Program-made: the position numbers and the translations under genes
Source of the DNA: Eukaryota sp. GEM-RC1
Taxonomy: Eukaryota
DNA: 64,000 nt
NCBI GenBank assembly: GCA_040285855.1
Contig: JAUFOQ010000002.1
Location: 1,488,001-1,552,000, forward strand
Reading direction: 5' to 3'
Part shown: piece by piece, positions 26,550-37,660 of the stretch
Layout: every line of letters starts with the position of its first letter
Position numbering within the stretch: position 1 is the stretch's first letter
Notes under the pieces: generated by a model
The model's database searches: none
Told to the model about the DNA's origin: nothing
Seen by the model: the letters and a program-made list of their open reading frames with translations, nothing else

Positions 26550-27929
26550 TTATTGCTCCATCAAAGATTCAATCAAAACTCGAAGACCATGGTGATCCCC
26601 CAAAGATCCTTGCCTTATACAAACCACCAACAACTGGGCAGTATCATCACCCAACACAGTGGCAATCCACAGCACCAAATTGAAATCACTACACTTGTTC
26701 AAAAACTCTTCATCAGTTCTTGCTCCAGTCAATGACTGTGACAACGCGACACTACTTGGACTGATCCCTTCTCTATTCATTGCAGGGAAACTATGTAGCA
26801 AAGGGCCTTCATGTTGGTGAATTGCTAATGGTGTTATACAGAACTCTATAGGAATGAAATGAGTCTCTTTTCCTTCAATTAAGACAGGAACTCTGCTAAA
26901 CAAGGAGGGAATTCCTTCATCGTTGTTCTTTATGTGTAAGGAATCATTGGTAAACAAATGTAAGGCTTGCTTCGAGACTTGAAAAGCTTCAACGGATGAA
27001 TCAGCAGAACCTCCAGATACTTGTGGCGTCACTAATACGAGTGCTGACGTTTCATTCTGAGCTTGTAGCGAGCAACACTTCAGCACCTCTTCCATGGTCA
27101 GACTAGACTCAACAGTTTGAGATCTTGCAATCAACAGCCCAACTTCTTTAAATTCAAAGAATATCGCCACCTCATCAACTATCCGTTTGAAGTCATCGTC
27201 CACAACTGGGATTGGTCTATCACCCTCAGGATCAAATGACTGTGGTGGAGTGTAAGAAGCTTGGGCAGCTATCGCATTGTTCTTCCCTGTTATGCCATAG
27301 AGGGATGCTAGGAAGGGTCTGGTGAAAGCAAAGTGGTTTAGATAGGAGAGGATATCGGAGATCATTGGTTTACTTAGGGAAATGCCTGGACTTATTGAAG
27401 CTACTTGACTCTTCATCTTCATGCGATCTCCAGGGATGGCGGTGCAACGACTACAAGCACTATTAGGACCATGAGCTCGACACAGTTGTCGTCTAAGTTG
27501 AGGATTGTCAGTAAGTTCACGTGGAGGTATTTCTGGTAGATGGATAGTATCTGATTTGCCATTGGAAGTTGTTGATGTAGTAGGGCTATCCGGTGGTAGG
27601 CAGTTAGGGCAGACCATAGAAGGGGGATGGGCACATTTGCGTGTTGTGGATGTACTATCAGATTCTGAGGAGATTGTTTTAAAAGAGTTGTCAGAGTCTG
27701 AGAAAATTACATGAACAATGGTACCATGAGTAATGCCAAGTCGATTTAGCTTTGTGTTGGAATGAGTCTTAAGATCATATGTTGATCTATTTGGTAGAGT
27801 AATGCTGATTTGAGGATCTCCAGAAAGACCAGAGACTGACTTAAAGGCTGCTGCAAAGTCTCCTAGAGTACCTGAAGTAGGTACTTCAACCCGATACTGT
27901 CCAGTTGCAGTTCGTGTACGGACGATCAT
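26550..27929 (-). CDS. NPL4: Nuclear protein localization protein 4 (Cdc48/p97 cofactor)
   Basis: N-terminal UBX-like MIVRTRTATGQYRVEV..LGITHGTIV; zinc fingers CAHPPSMVCPNC and CRAHGPNSACSRC; MPN region YTPPQ, EAFQVSKQ, FPAMNR, SDFNLV. Confidence 0.88.
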   Translation of the reverse strand: MIVRTRTATGQYRVEVPTSGTLGDFAAAFKSVSGLSGDPQISITLPNRSTYDLKTHSNTKLNRLGITHGTIVHVIFSDSDNSFKTISSESDSTSTTRKCAHPPSMVCPNCLPPDSPTTSTTSNGKSDTIHLPEIPPRELTDNPQLRRQLCRAHGPNSACSRCTAIPGDRMKMKSQVASISPGISLSKPMISDILSYLNHFAFTRPFLASLYGITGKNNAIAAQASYTPPQSFDPEGDRPIPVVDDDFKRIVDEVAIFFEFKEVGLLIARSQTVESSLTMEEVLKCCSLQAQNETSALVLVTPQVSGGSADSSVEAFQVSKQALHLFTNDSLHIKNNDEGIPSLFSRVPVLIEGKETHFIPIEFCITPLAIHQHEGPLLHSFPAMNREGISPSSVALSQSLTGARTDEEFLNKCSDFNLVLWIATVLGDDTAQLLVVCIRQGSLGDHHGLRVLIESLMEQ

Positions 27930-28011
27930 GTGATGATGTGTCTGAATTTAAACCTTTTGTTACTAACTCTGTAATTTCTACAGATCCCTTGGAGCAGAAT
28001 TTACTCGAAAT

Positions 28012-28555
28012 CAATGTGCGCAAATCTTGGTACGTACCGTACGTACGGTACGAATCGGTACGTACCGATGTATTTTATCCGTACCGATGTCATTTGGTTT
28101 TATAAAAAGCCCTGTTTATGAATGATCGAAATGTATTTACAAATACTATTTTTGGAGTGGATATTCATTGCCTCGTCAAGCACTGTACTATTAAAATTTT
28201 CTTCTGCATCTTCTAATCGTTTAGGAATACACTCTCTGGGTTTTTGGGCCCATTATCATTGTTATATATAGTATCAGTCACTGGTTAAATGCATTGTGAG
28301 TCGAAGACGCTATATACCATTGTCATTTTGGGACAGTTGTGGTCAGCAAATGATGTAACCTAAATTTGAATAAGTGTGACAATTGTGATCTTGAAATCAT
28401 GAGCTATGTTTAACTGTCGAATGTATGACGATGGTAACTGTTAAAATCTCACATTGGATTATCATGTTTACAACAGAAATAGTTCCAGTTGATCAAAGCA
28501 CAGTACCGGTACACGTACCGTACGTACGTACGGTACGGAACATGTGCGGTTCATG
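28012..28555 (+). mobile_element. hAT-type MITE, GTACG family (copy 2)
   Basis: Homolog of 2312-2899; near-perfect 8-bp TSD CTCGAAAT (28004-28011) / CTCCAAAT (28556-28563). Confidence 0.8.
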
Positions 28556-28962
28556 CTCCAAATACATTGTCTCATTTGGCCCGTAAGTAACAGTATAAAC
28601 AAATCAAGTTCTATTTTTTGAGTATCATTCAGCAATGAATAAGTGTTGCAAATTGAATTAAATAACAGAAAATTTCTTGCTTGTACCTGGCTATGTGGTT
28701 GAAATCAGCGTTACTTTCAGTTTATTGAATTTTTTCTGTTCAATGACTATTTGGTGTTATCTAGAATAGCAACACATGGAACACGAAACAATTTCTACGC
28801 TCAGCAGATATTTCAATAATTTGCTGTGTATTATAGAACTCACTTTTCTACGTCGATTTGGCTCATGAAATCAGAAAGGTACTTGTCAACTATATATAAT
28901 ACACGAACCCAACACCAACTTCTCATTAAAAAAAGAGAACTGAACACTTTGATGACAATATA

Positions 28963-29424
28963 TTACACGTTACCTTGCTTGAAAGATATATGATCCTTAC
29001 CGGAACAGTTTCTGAAGTGGAACTCAAATTCCCCAGCAGAAGTAACGTGAGAGCAGTAGTCACAGCGAACGGGAAGACCATCTACCATTCTTCGAACAGA
29101 TAGGTTTGCTACCGTTGAGTAATAGAGTTGAGAAAGATGGCAACAAGGACAGCAACCAAGATCAACACAGCACTCCTGACAGACTAACACGTTGCAACAT
29201 GTGGTTTCAACCGCTTGTTGCACTACATATCCACAGCGTTGGCAGGAGACCTGTTGTAGTGTGTTTGGAGGTGCGAGGAAAGTAAATGGTTCTGTTTCTA
29301 CTGGATCAAACGGAGAAGGTGAGTAACAGTAAGTCACAGAGCAGTCTTCGTCTATGACGTACTCGAATTGAGCAAGATGTTTCCAACTAGAAGAAAAAGC
29401 CCAGACAAAATTTTGTTCTGTCAT
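28963..29424 (-). CDS. RING-like plus TRAF/SIAH-type zinc-finger protein
   Basis: CQRC..AVETTCCNVLVCQEC..CPCC, then RRMVDGLPVRCDYC..EFHFRNC. Confidence 0.65.
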   Translation of the reverse strand: MTEQNFVWAFSSSWKHLAQFEYVIDEDCSVTYCYSPSPFDPVETEPFTFLAPPNTLQQVSCQRCGYVVQQAVETTCCNVLVCQECCVDLGCCPCCHLSQLYYSTVANLSVRRMVDGLPVRCDYCSHVTSAGEFEFHFRNCSGKDHISFKQGNV

Positions 29425-30186
29425 TGGAAATTTTTAAAAACTCGTATTTCTCCCCTTCCCAGTTCTGTAGAACTACCAGTTCAAACACAATTCCAGTATT
29501 TGTTTCCATCAACTTCCTATATTAGATCGTCATCACAATCAATGTTGAAAGCCTAATCATAACTGATGGACGAATCGGCAAAAACTATTTCAAAATTCTG
29601 TATGTGCGAGGTTTTGTTGACACACTTTAGGAGATAACGCTGATTGTGTGCGCGACCTTCCATGTACATTTGCATTTGTAGAAGTTCTTCTCGAGGAGTA
29701 ATTTCGACTACTGAATCTTTGATGTTCATTAGATCACCTTTTTCCTGCAATATATTCCAATTTCGTAAATATTTAATTGTTAAATGTCTACAATTTGCAT
29801 TTTTTGATATGTGATATCACTCGCATATACCAGATTTGACTGGAACACAACGTTATGTCTTCTGTGATGTTGATGCCGTTTGAAAGGTGTTAAGGCCATC
29901 AGCACAGTTTCAAGAAAAATTGTATTGTAGGTTAAGCTAGGAAAGCGAAATTTTAATGGAAGGTTGCCAATGTCCCTTTTAATAAAAATTTAATGTTTAG
30001 GAACATGTATTAATTTTAAACTGTCTCTTAGAATTGAGACATGAATACGAGATGATGTAGAGTTAACGACATCTCCTTTGTAAACATTGATGGTACTGTA
30101 TTCTTTATTTGAAATTGTAAATAAACGGCTTTTTCTAGGTAAGTCAATTCTTAAATCGAATACATATAATAGCAAATTTTAGTAAC

Positions 30187-32445
30187 ATGTGCTGTTCTCA
30201 CTTATCTTCGATTCAAACCCCTACTGTCGATTCACTCATTTACAAGGATGAATGCGTCCTCTGTAGTCATAAATCAAACATGGATCCTGGAATCTTTGTT
30301 TGCTGTCATTGTTTCCTGGGTTTCTGTCAGCATCATGCTGAACTACATCTTAGGAAAACATCGCATCCTGTTTTTGCCAATGTCATCACTTCGATCTCTA
30401 CTATGAGTCCTGTAAACGAATCCTCTCTCTCAGAACAGTTTGCCCACGGCACAGTCCAACTACCTCACGATAAGAGAGAAATCACAGTTTCTGCTCTATG
30501 TCTTTCCTGCGATTGTCAGCTGAATTCCGATGCTTCCCCATCTCTTTCTTCCACTCTCTCCGCTATCTATTCATCTGCCAGCGCTCAGGAGAAAACCACT
30601 GCCGCTGTTCTCGAAGAAGGTCTACCTAAACCCTGCCCACATCTCTCCATTTCACTATCTTCAACCAACACTTCCCCTTCATTCACTGGTCAATGCTCTT
30701 CTCCTGACTGTGACATATCAGAAAACCTTTGGTTCTGCCTTACTTGTCACTCTCTCTTCTGTGGTCGTCAACAAGCTTTCTCCGTGGGCCGTGGTCATGG
30801 GTTGGAGCATTTCCATAGTACGGGTCACTCTGTGGTGGTTAAAGTTGGTACGATTGGTGTGAAGAATGGAATTCTTACTGGAGAAGGATTCTGCTATCAG
30901 TGTGATGATTGTGTCGAGGTTTCCGATTTGACCGAGATGGTCAATAAGCTCAAAATTGATTTGAGCTCAGTGATTGTCGAGAAAAGTACATTAGAGCTCA
31001 ATGCTGCAATCAATATTGATTTTGATGTTAAGGAACTCGAAGGTTCACTCACTCCGATTTCCAACCTTCCTGAAACAGACCAATCAAAAATGATTGGTAT
31101 CGAAAACGGTGGAAACAACTGCTACATTAACTCTCTCCTCCAATCCCTAAAATTCCTTCCATCAACTTCCTCCTATGATCTCAACCACTTCCTCACCTGT
31201 CCTTTATCTCCTCCTCTTTGCCTAGAGTGTCAGTCCATTAGAGTTGTTACTGGTCTATCTACCAAGCCTTTGTTCTCTCCTCATGATCCTTTTGAAGCTA
31301 TCAACTCGCCAACCCCTTTCCTGTTCAAGACTGCGTTGGCCAGGGGGAATCCTGAATGGATGTCACTTTTACAGCAGGACGTGGTGGAGTATTTCCAGTT
31401 CTTGTTGAAGGTCTTTGCTGAGTCAAAAGTCAAATATCTTGAGACAATTGCTTCTTCTTTTGATTATGACGTGCGAGTTTCCACTCTCTGTTGTGACTGT
31501 GATCACGTGTCGATTGCAGTCGAGAGATGCTCTGGGCCGTTAACGTTGTATCTCCCTGAAGAAGTCTACAGTAATGCACCTGACGAGCAATCAAAACCAG
31601 CTGATGATGTCATCCCCTCAATCAAATTGATTGACCTCCTTTCGTCTTGGAGTGAGGAAGTAATATCATTCAGCTGTGGAAATTGTAGTGGTAAAACTGG
31701 TCTCAAATCACGTCGTTTTATGACCTATCCGCAATGCCTTCCTCTTGTTGTTAATAGGTTTTGCTTTAGAGAGGGAAAACCAGTTAAGATTCTAGTTAAA
31801 ATAGATCCTTCTAATGTAGAAAAGTCAGTGTCTGCTCTTCATTGCACTCCATTGGACAATCCAATCACGTCATCAAGTCCTGAGAAGTCAGTTAATCCTG
31901 AGCTCCTTAGTCAGTTGATGTCTTTGGGAATCTCTAAGAATCATGCAACAAATGCATTAATCAAAAATGATTGTGATTTGGAGAGAGCAGCTGAATGGGC
32001 TTTTACTAATGAAGAAACTGCAGCTGAAGCACATGAAGTAAGTGATAAACAGAAGGAAATGATTGGAATGTTGACTGGCATGGGGTTTAGTACAGATCAA
32101 TCACGTGCAGTTGCCTATTCCGGAGTTGGATCTATTGAGGAAGCTCTTGAGTGGGTGACGACTGCCTCAGAGGAAGTCATCAGACAAGTCTTACAGAATC
32201 ATGCAGAATCTACTAAGAAAACTCAAGACCTGGCCAAGAGTGCTTATCGTCATCATTGTGATCCTAAGAGTTTGTCACTGTTTAGTTTGATTTCTCATAA
32301 GGGAAGTAGTGCGTTGTCAGGTCATTATATTTGCCACGTGTCACATCCATCAATGGAGAATGTATGGGTTTTGTTTAATGATTTAAAAGTTGGAGTAACT
32401 GAAGCACCTCCTTTTGAGTATGCTTATATGTATCTCTTAAAATAA
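30187..32445 (+). CDS. USP5: Ubiquitin C-terminal hydrolase, USP5/USP13/Ubp14 family
   Basis: IYKDEC variant ZnF; ZnF-UBP ENLWFCLTC..FCGR..GHGLEHF; Cys box GIENGGNNCYINSLLQ; QQDVVEY; two UBA-like segments; His box ISHKGSSALSGHY; WVLFND. Confidence 0.92.
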   Translation: MCCSHLSSIQTPTVDSLIYKDECVLCSHKSNMDPGIFVCCHCFLGFCQHHAELHLRKTSHPVFANVITSISTMSPVNESSLSEQFAHGTVQLPHDKREITVSALCLSCDCQLNSDASPSLSSTLSAIYSSASAQEKTTAAVLEEGLPKPCPHLSISLSSTNTSPSFTGQCSSPDCDISENLWFCLTCHSLFCGRQQAFSVGRGHGLEHFHSTGHSVVVKVGTIGVKNGILTGEGFCYQCDDCVEVSDLTEMVNKLKIDLSSVIVEKSTLELNAAINIDFDVKELEGSLTPISNLPETDQSKMIGIENGGNNCYINSLLQSLKFLPSTSSYDLNHFLTCPLSPPLCLECQSIRVVTGLSTKPLFSPHDPFEAINSPTPFLFKTALARGNPEWMSLLQQDVVEYFQFLLKVFAESKVKYLETIASSFDYDVRVSTLCCDCDHVSIAVERCSGPLTLYLPEEVYSNAPDEQSKPADDVIPSIKLIDLLSSWSEEVISFSCGNCSGKTGLKSRRFMTYPQCLPLVVNRFCFREGKPVKILVKIDPSNVEKSVSALHCTPLDNPITSSSPEKSVNPELLSQLMSLGISKNHATNALIKNDCDLERAAEWAFTNEETAAEAHEVSDKQKEMIGMLTGMGFSTDQSRAVAYSGVGSIEEALEWVTTASEEVIRQVLQNHAESTKKTQDLAKSAYRHHCDPKSLSLFSLISHKGSSALSGHYICHVSHPSMENVWVLFNDLKVGVTEAPPFEYAYMYLLK

Positions 32446-33102
32446 ATGGTGGATTTGTTGTTTTTTGCTCTGTAGTGAATTACTAGTAGAAGATACTACA
32501 TATCACGTATGTATTACAAAACACAGGTACATGTAATTTCAAAAACTAAACTGAAGAATACAATTGCTCCGCGATATTCGTGGTCTACACGTACTATAGA
32601 GGTATCTTTGTCTTACATCATTTGGTGTTATTGGAATAAGTAGTCATCTACTTTAAATCTTTTTCAAGTGATGGTTTTAGTACTGACAAACGAAGCGGTC
32701 CAAGCAACTACCTGTAACTTACAAGTAGTAAGAGACTACTGTCCTAGACTACAACTGCTTGTGAGAGAGAAAGAGACTCCACAATGAAGTTGGAAATTTG
32801 TAATTGCAACTTAGACAAATAATACCGCCATTACATTATTGCAGTACTTTGTAAACACTCCCGCTTTAGGTACTAGGGTTTTATAATGCAAGATCTTCAA
32901 TATTGTGCGTCCAAAAGTCAGCGTTCCCCTTTGCACTGCAGAAGAGAAGGAAAATGCCTTTTTTAAAAGAAATATTCAAGAAAGCTGAACAGACTTCATC
33001 ATATACTGGATGATAGCTAGCATAGCTTTGACACGTCATAATGAATAACAATACCAAATATTTTTGATCAATTCCCCCCATCAAATTTTGATAGTCACTA
33101 TC

Positions 33103-33726
33103 ATGGATCTTTCTTCAAAATCTTCCCCAACACCTGGCGGTACATGTAAAAAATCTGGTCGACGTGGAAGAGCCTATACTCCAGAACAATACGAGGTTCT
33201 TTGGCGCAAGTTCCTCGAAAATCCCCTGCCTTCAAGCAAAGATCCAAATGAATATGCTCTAATCGCCGCTGAGGCCGGATTAGTGGAATCACAGTGTCGC
33301 GTTTGGTTTCAGAACACCAGGTCGCGGAGTAAGAGTCGTTCCAAAGCGAAGGTTTCGCTTACTCCGTTGGCTGAATATCCTATGACAGTAAATCACTATG
33401 TACGACGTCCTGCTGTTTATGACGCTCCTGCGCTACCACAACCTCTCTCATATGGCCAACCTCTTTCTTCCCCTGGCATCTTACCAACACCAATGTCACA
33501 ACCGCCAATGCAACAGTCTGCCTTAACACCTCAGTACAGTCATCCCATCCATCCGTCAATGTATACTCATCCATCAGCTACTCCCATGGTTCCCAGTCTC
33601 TCTGCTCATTCGCTGGCTGCACAACAGCTGCCGCAGTCACTACCACCTCTACAAGATCCAGTTTCTGTTCCTGCTCTCCAAACATCAATTTCATCGAATT
33701 TTCCAAACGATTTTATTCACAGATAA
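33103..33726 (+). CDS. Homeodomain transcription factor with Pro/Gln/Ser-rich tail
   Basis: RRGRAYTPEQYEVL...F..NP.P...AGLVESQCRVWFQNTRSR; first ATG at 33103. Confidence 0.88.
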   Translation: MDLSSKSSPTPGGTCKKSGRRGRAYTPEQYEVLWRKFLENPLPSSKDPNEYALIAAEAGLVESQCRVWFQNTRSRSKSRSKAKVSLTPLAEYPMTVNHYVRRPAVYDAPALPQPLSYGQPLSSPGILPTPMSQPPMQQSALTPQYSHPIHPSMYTHPSATPMVPSLSAHSLAAQQLPQSLPPLQDPVSVPALQTSISSNFPNDFIHR

Positions 33727-33863
33727 TTCTTCGTATAGCAGACTATATCCGCTGTGCTGTATTTTATATTGTATTTCACCGCCTTTGTGTTATTCACAAA
33801 AACATTGATCATCAATTCACATAAAAACCCATCTCTTTAAGCTGTTACATTACATATTTACAA

Positions 33864-34994
33864 CTACCTTCGTCTCTTTTCAGTTCCCTTCTTACCTCCA
33901 ATAGTTTTCTTTCTCCAGGTTTCTTCATACTCTGAAACATCTGCACCCTGGGCCTTGAGTTTATTAGCCAAGGTCATTTTCTGACTCTTAAGAGACGATA
34001 TGTTGTCACTGAGTCGTCTGTTGAATTGCTCTTGGTAGGCAATCAGAATAGCAGTTTCATAAGCTTGTGAATAAACCTCAATAACAGATGGTTCATAAAT
34101 CTCAATCAAGGGTATTTTCGCCCTTGTTAGAATACCACTAACTTCAAAGATGTCCACCTCCCCATCAGGTAAGGGAAGTAGAAAGTCCTCAGACGCGGCA
34201 ATAACACCATACTGTGAAAGTGAAGCAGATGTGGGAAGAGCGAACTCCGATGGAGCAGGTATTTCAATAGAGTCGACAGGTTTCTTCTCTACTTGATGAT
34301 CTCGATCCTTCTTTTTACTTCCCAAAGGCTGACTACTTTTAAGGGTTCTAGCATCCTGACGTTCATCAGATGATTTGGCTTTCTGTAAAGCCTCAGTTGT
34401 CCATGTCCAGTTGAGTTTAGGGACAGAAGGAGGGGGTGACACATCATTAGAAACAGTGAGAGCTGTCTTATCTATAATTTGAGGTCGTTCCACTCTTTCA
34501 ATATCACAAGATCGATGTTTCAGATCCAAGTAATCTTTTAGAGTACGTCCAATTAGATGAAGGTTAGAAAGAGTTACAATCTCGTCCTGGATATGTTGTA
34601 GTTGAGCTGGTGATTGAGATGACGGAGTTGATGTTAAATGACAGATGTCATCAAGATATTTTTGTCGTTCCAAATCTATTATTGGATTGTATGATGATGA
34701 TGCAGAAAACAACCAGGAAAAGCCATCAACTTTCGTTGAAAGAATGCGGCATACTGCGAAAAAACGGGACTTCAGTGTATGTAACGACTTGTGTTTTGCT
34801 TTTTGATTGTTCTGAGGAAACCTGTCATAAACCAGACTGAAGTTTAGGTTGAAATCTGACGCTAGAGAAAGCAGAGTTTGTGTTTCTTCAAATGACCAAT
34901 CAGCATCATGCAAGTGTTGATCATATATTGTGGGGTCCAACGATGGGAGGGGAAGGCTCGATGGAATTGAGTTTGTTATAGGCATTCTGTGCAT
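33864..34994 (-). CDS. DMAP1: DMAP1/Swc4-like SANT-domain protein (possibly 5'-truncated)
   Basis: YDQHLHDADWSFEETQTLLSLASDFNLNFSLVYDRF...SLHTLKSRFFAVCRIL...YNPIIDLERQKYL. Confidence 0.75.
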   Translation of the reverse strand: MHRMPITNSIPSSLPLPSLDPTIYDQHLHDADWSFEETQTLLSLASDFNLNFSLVYDRFPQNNQKAKHKSLHTLKSRFFAVCRILSTKVDGFSWLFSASSSYNPIIDLERQKYLDDICHLTSTPSSQSPAQLQHIQDEIVTLSNLHLIGRTLKDYLDLKHRSCDIERVERPQIIDKTALTVSNDVSPPPSVPKLNWTWTTEALQKAKSSDERQDARTLKSSQPLGSKKKDRDHQVEKKPVDSIEIPAPSEFALPTSASLSQYGVIAASEDFLLPLPDGEVDIFEVSGILTRAKIPLIEIYEPSVIEVYSQAYETAILIAYQEQFNRRLSDNISSLKSQKMTLANKLKAQGADVSEYEETWRKKTIGGKKGTEKRRR

Positions 34995-35012
34995 TTCATT
35001 TCAAATGCATTT

Positions 35013-37261
35013 CTACTCAGTCCGACGACTGTTTTCACACATCTTCTCTTTTGGCAGTTCTTTAATTAAATTTGAAATTTCTTCTTCAGACTGTTTTTTT
35101 CCAAAATGTACGTTAATGAAACGATTAATATGTTTTTCAAAGTGGAGTTTCAAGTTGTTGTTAATGTTACACAAGAGCACTGGAGCAATGTGTTGTGGTG
35201 GTTTAGAGAAGCCTTGAGGAGGAAACATCGGGAAGTTATGGCCTTCATTTGCTTCTAACTGAATACGATAGCCCTTGTGAATTGAGTTGCTGTCGAATTG
35301 TGCTTCTCCCATGACAAATCGTTCTAAGTCCGCATCAATTGCACTACTGGGCCGTTTATAGGGCTGACCATAAAATTGGGCACAAAGATAATTTATTCGA
35401 GTCATTACAGACGTAATCATTTGTTCAGTAATTTCAGGTAACGCTTCTCCACGTTTAAATCTTGCTGATAGAAACAATTGCAGGCATTGTAGGGTATGGC
35501 GACGAAGTTCGTGAAATTGAGGTGCTAGCTGCACAATGTTTCCAAAGACATCACGATGCTTCAAAATTCGTGGAAGAGTAGACTTTACCATCCTATAAGT
35601 TGGAAGAATAAATTTTTCTTTCTGGAATAGCATAAAGAGTTTTAAAGTTAAGTTGGCATGTTGATAATTGTAATCAACTAAGAGACCGACCAGTGTACTT
35701 TCACACCAACAATCAATGGGCAAGAGATTTCCAAGTTCTTCTTTTTAAGTTTGAGACAAAATTAGTGTATCAGATTTCGTGTAAGAGATGGTAAATCGTT
35801 TCCAAATTTCATTGTGAGAAAACGTTTTGCAAACAATAAAGTATCAAGTATCAAGTATCCGTGTTTATTTTCAACAACTTCACGCCAGTTTTTAGATAAA
35901 AGATTAAGGTTGGATTCTTGGACATTAACAGGCCATTGGAACTGATAAAACTGGAAACGCTTTTCCAAAACTTTGAAGTCAAATCCAATAATATTGTGAC
36001 CAGTAATGAAATTTGGCTGGTAATCTTGAATCTCGTCTATCAATAAATGGAACAGGACCAACTCATTGGGCACAACATAGATATCAGTTCTTGGGGATAA
36101 ACTGCATTCAATTGGAGAAGGTAGGTTTGTTGCACATAGGTTGACACAGATGATAATTGATTTTTCTTCGTAAAAATTTTCTTCATTAAAACGACCAAAA
36201 ATTAATGCAACTGACATAACTGTTTGGCTAGCAATCCATCGATCATGTTCTTCTGAATTCATCTTTTTCAGCTTCAGGGATTCCTTTCCTCGAAGCTTAC
36301 TTAATTCCCTCCGTAATAGCTGTTGGAATTTCATCATCATGATGCATTGTCTCCAGGTCAATAGACATAACTTTTGGAAGAGCATAAGCATCAGGGTGTT
36401 CTTGAGTACATCCGAATTCAATCAAATTATGTTTTTCGTTGTTGTCATGTGGCTTAATTTTCTTCAAAGCTTTGAGACAAGATTTCTTAGCAGGAAAAAC
36501 TCTATTAGACAGGCGTTGTCCATTAATTTTCAAGGGAGCTCTCCGTGATGTGGCTTTAACTTGAGCTTTTTTAGCAACTCTTGCTAAAATTTCGAGATTG
36601 GACATTGGAGGACTAGAATCACTATCAACTCGACTTTTTTTCAACAGGGGGGAACAATGGAAGTCGAATCATCAAGTCGAATCAAAGGAAGACTCAATCT
36701 TGTACCGATGGGATCAGAATTGGGATTAGATTGTGGACCTGGATTGGATTCCACATCACCATCAGACGTAAGATCAATTTTGAACTGCAGTCTACAATCA
36801 AAACTGACAGAAATTTGCAAAAAACGACACGTCAATAAAATTTCACCACCACCACCACCGATCCACTGAATTTTACAAGGAGGCAAGTTTGGGGGCTGGA
36901 AAGCAGTGTGTTGCCCTGGTGGTTCTATCACCATGCTGGGCATGTAAAAATGATAGGCCTGACTGCCAAAAACAACACACATACTCCCATAAAAAACCCT
37001 CGACTTCGAAAAAAGAAAAAATTTGGATCGAATTGGATCAATGACCAAAAATGCCTTCCTTGGGGTTTTGCTTGAACAACGATGCCTTTGAATAGCATAT
37101 TGCCGCCCGGTCCCACCCAGGCTGTATGGATACAAGATATCTACAGAAGTTGCTTCTGTAGAATTCCACCTGATTTGATAGGATGACTTTCCCACCAAAA
37201 ACAGGCCTCTCATAGCCGTCGAATCAATGAACATCGACATGTGAGCAAAAAAATGGACCAT
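35013..37261 (-). pseudogene. Fanzor locus B: leader ORF, 2A peptide, PolB-type 3'-5' exonuclease, Fanzor1 N-terminal half (3'-truncated)
   Basis: GDVESNPGP (36734-36760); ExoI SIDLET, ExoII FITGHNIIGFD, LDTLLFAKR; then YRMVKSTL..RHTLQCLQLFL..NINNNLKLHFEKHINRFIN, homologous to loci A and C. Confidence 0.75.
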
Positions 37262-37587
37262 TTTGTGGGTTGTTGGTATTTATAGATGTGTCTACAGTGT
37301 CATGTCAGTCAAGACATTTATTGACGATTCTCTTCATTTTTCACTTTTCAGTGTCCTCAACATGGACAATTGACGATGAATTTGCTCCTTTCAGTTGTTC
37401 TTTAAACAATTCACATCTGTATTCTCTTCACACTTTCATTCTAAAGATGATGTATAAAGATTCGTATTGGTTTTTTAGACACACTTTACACAAAATCACG
37501 CTACAAATGTCACACTTCCTTTCTTTTTCTGTTCTTATCCTTTGTTTTGATATAAATAAAAGTATAATTGGGCGCGGACACAATTTG

Positions 37588-37610
37588 GTCTCAACGGCTT
37601 CCGTAGAGAC
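37588..37610 (-). ncRNA. Hairpin in the candidate omegaRNA region at the 3' end of Fanzor A
   Basis: GTCTCTACGG-AAG-CCGTTGAGAC stem-loop (9 of 10 pairs), about 50 nt downstream of the Fanzor ORF stop. Confidence 0.35.
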
Positions 37611-37660
37611 GTTTTACTGATACAGACACTCAAGTACGCTCGTTGCTTACTGGTTCTCAA

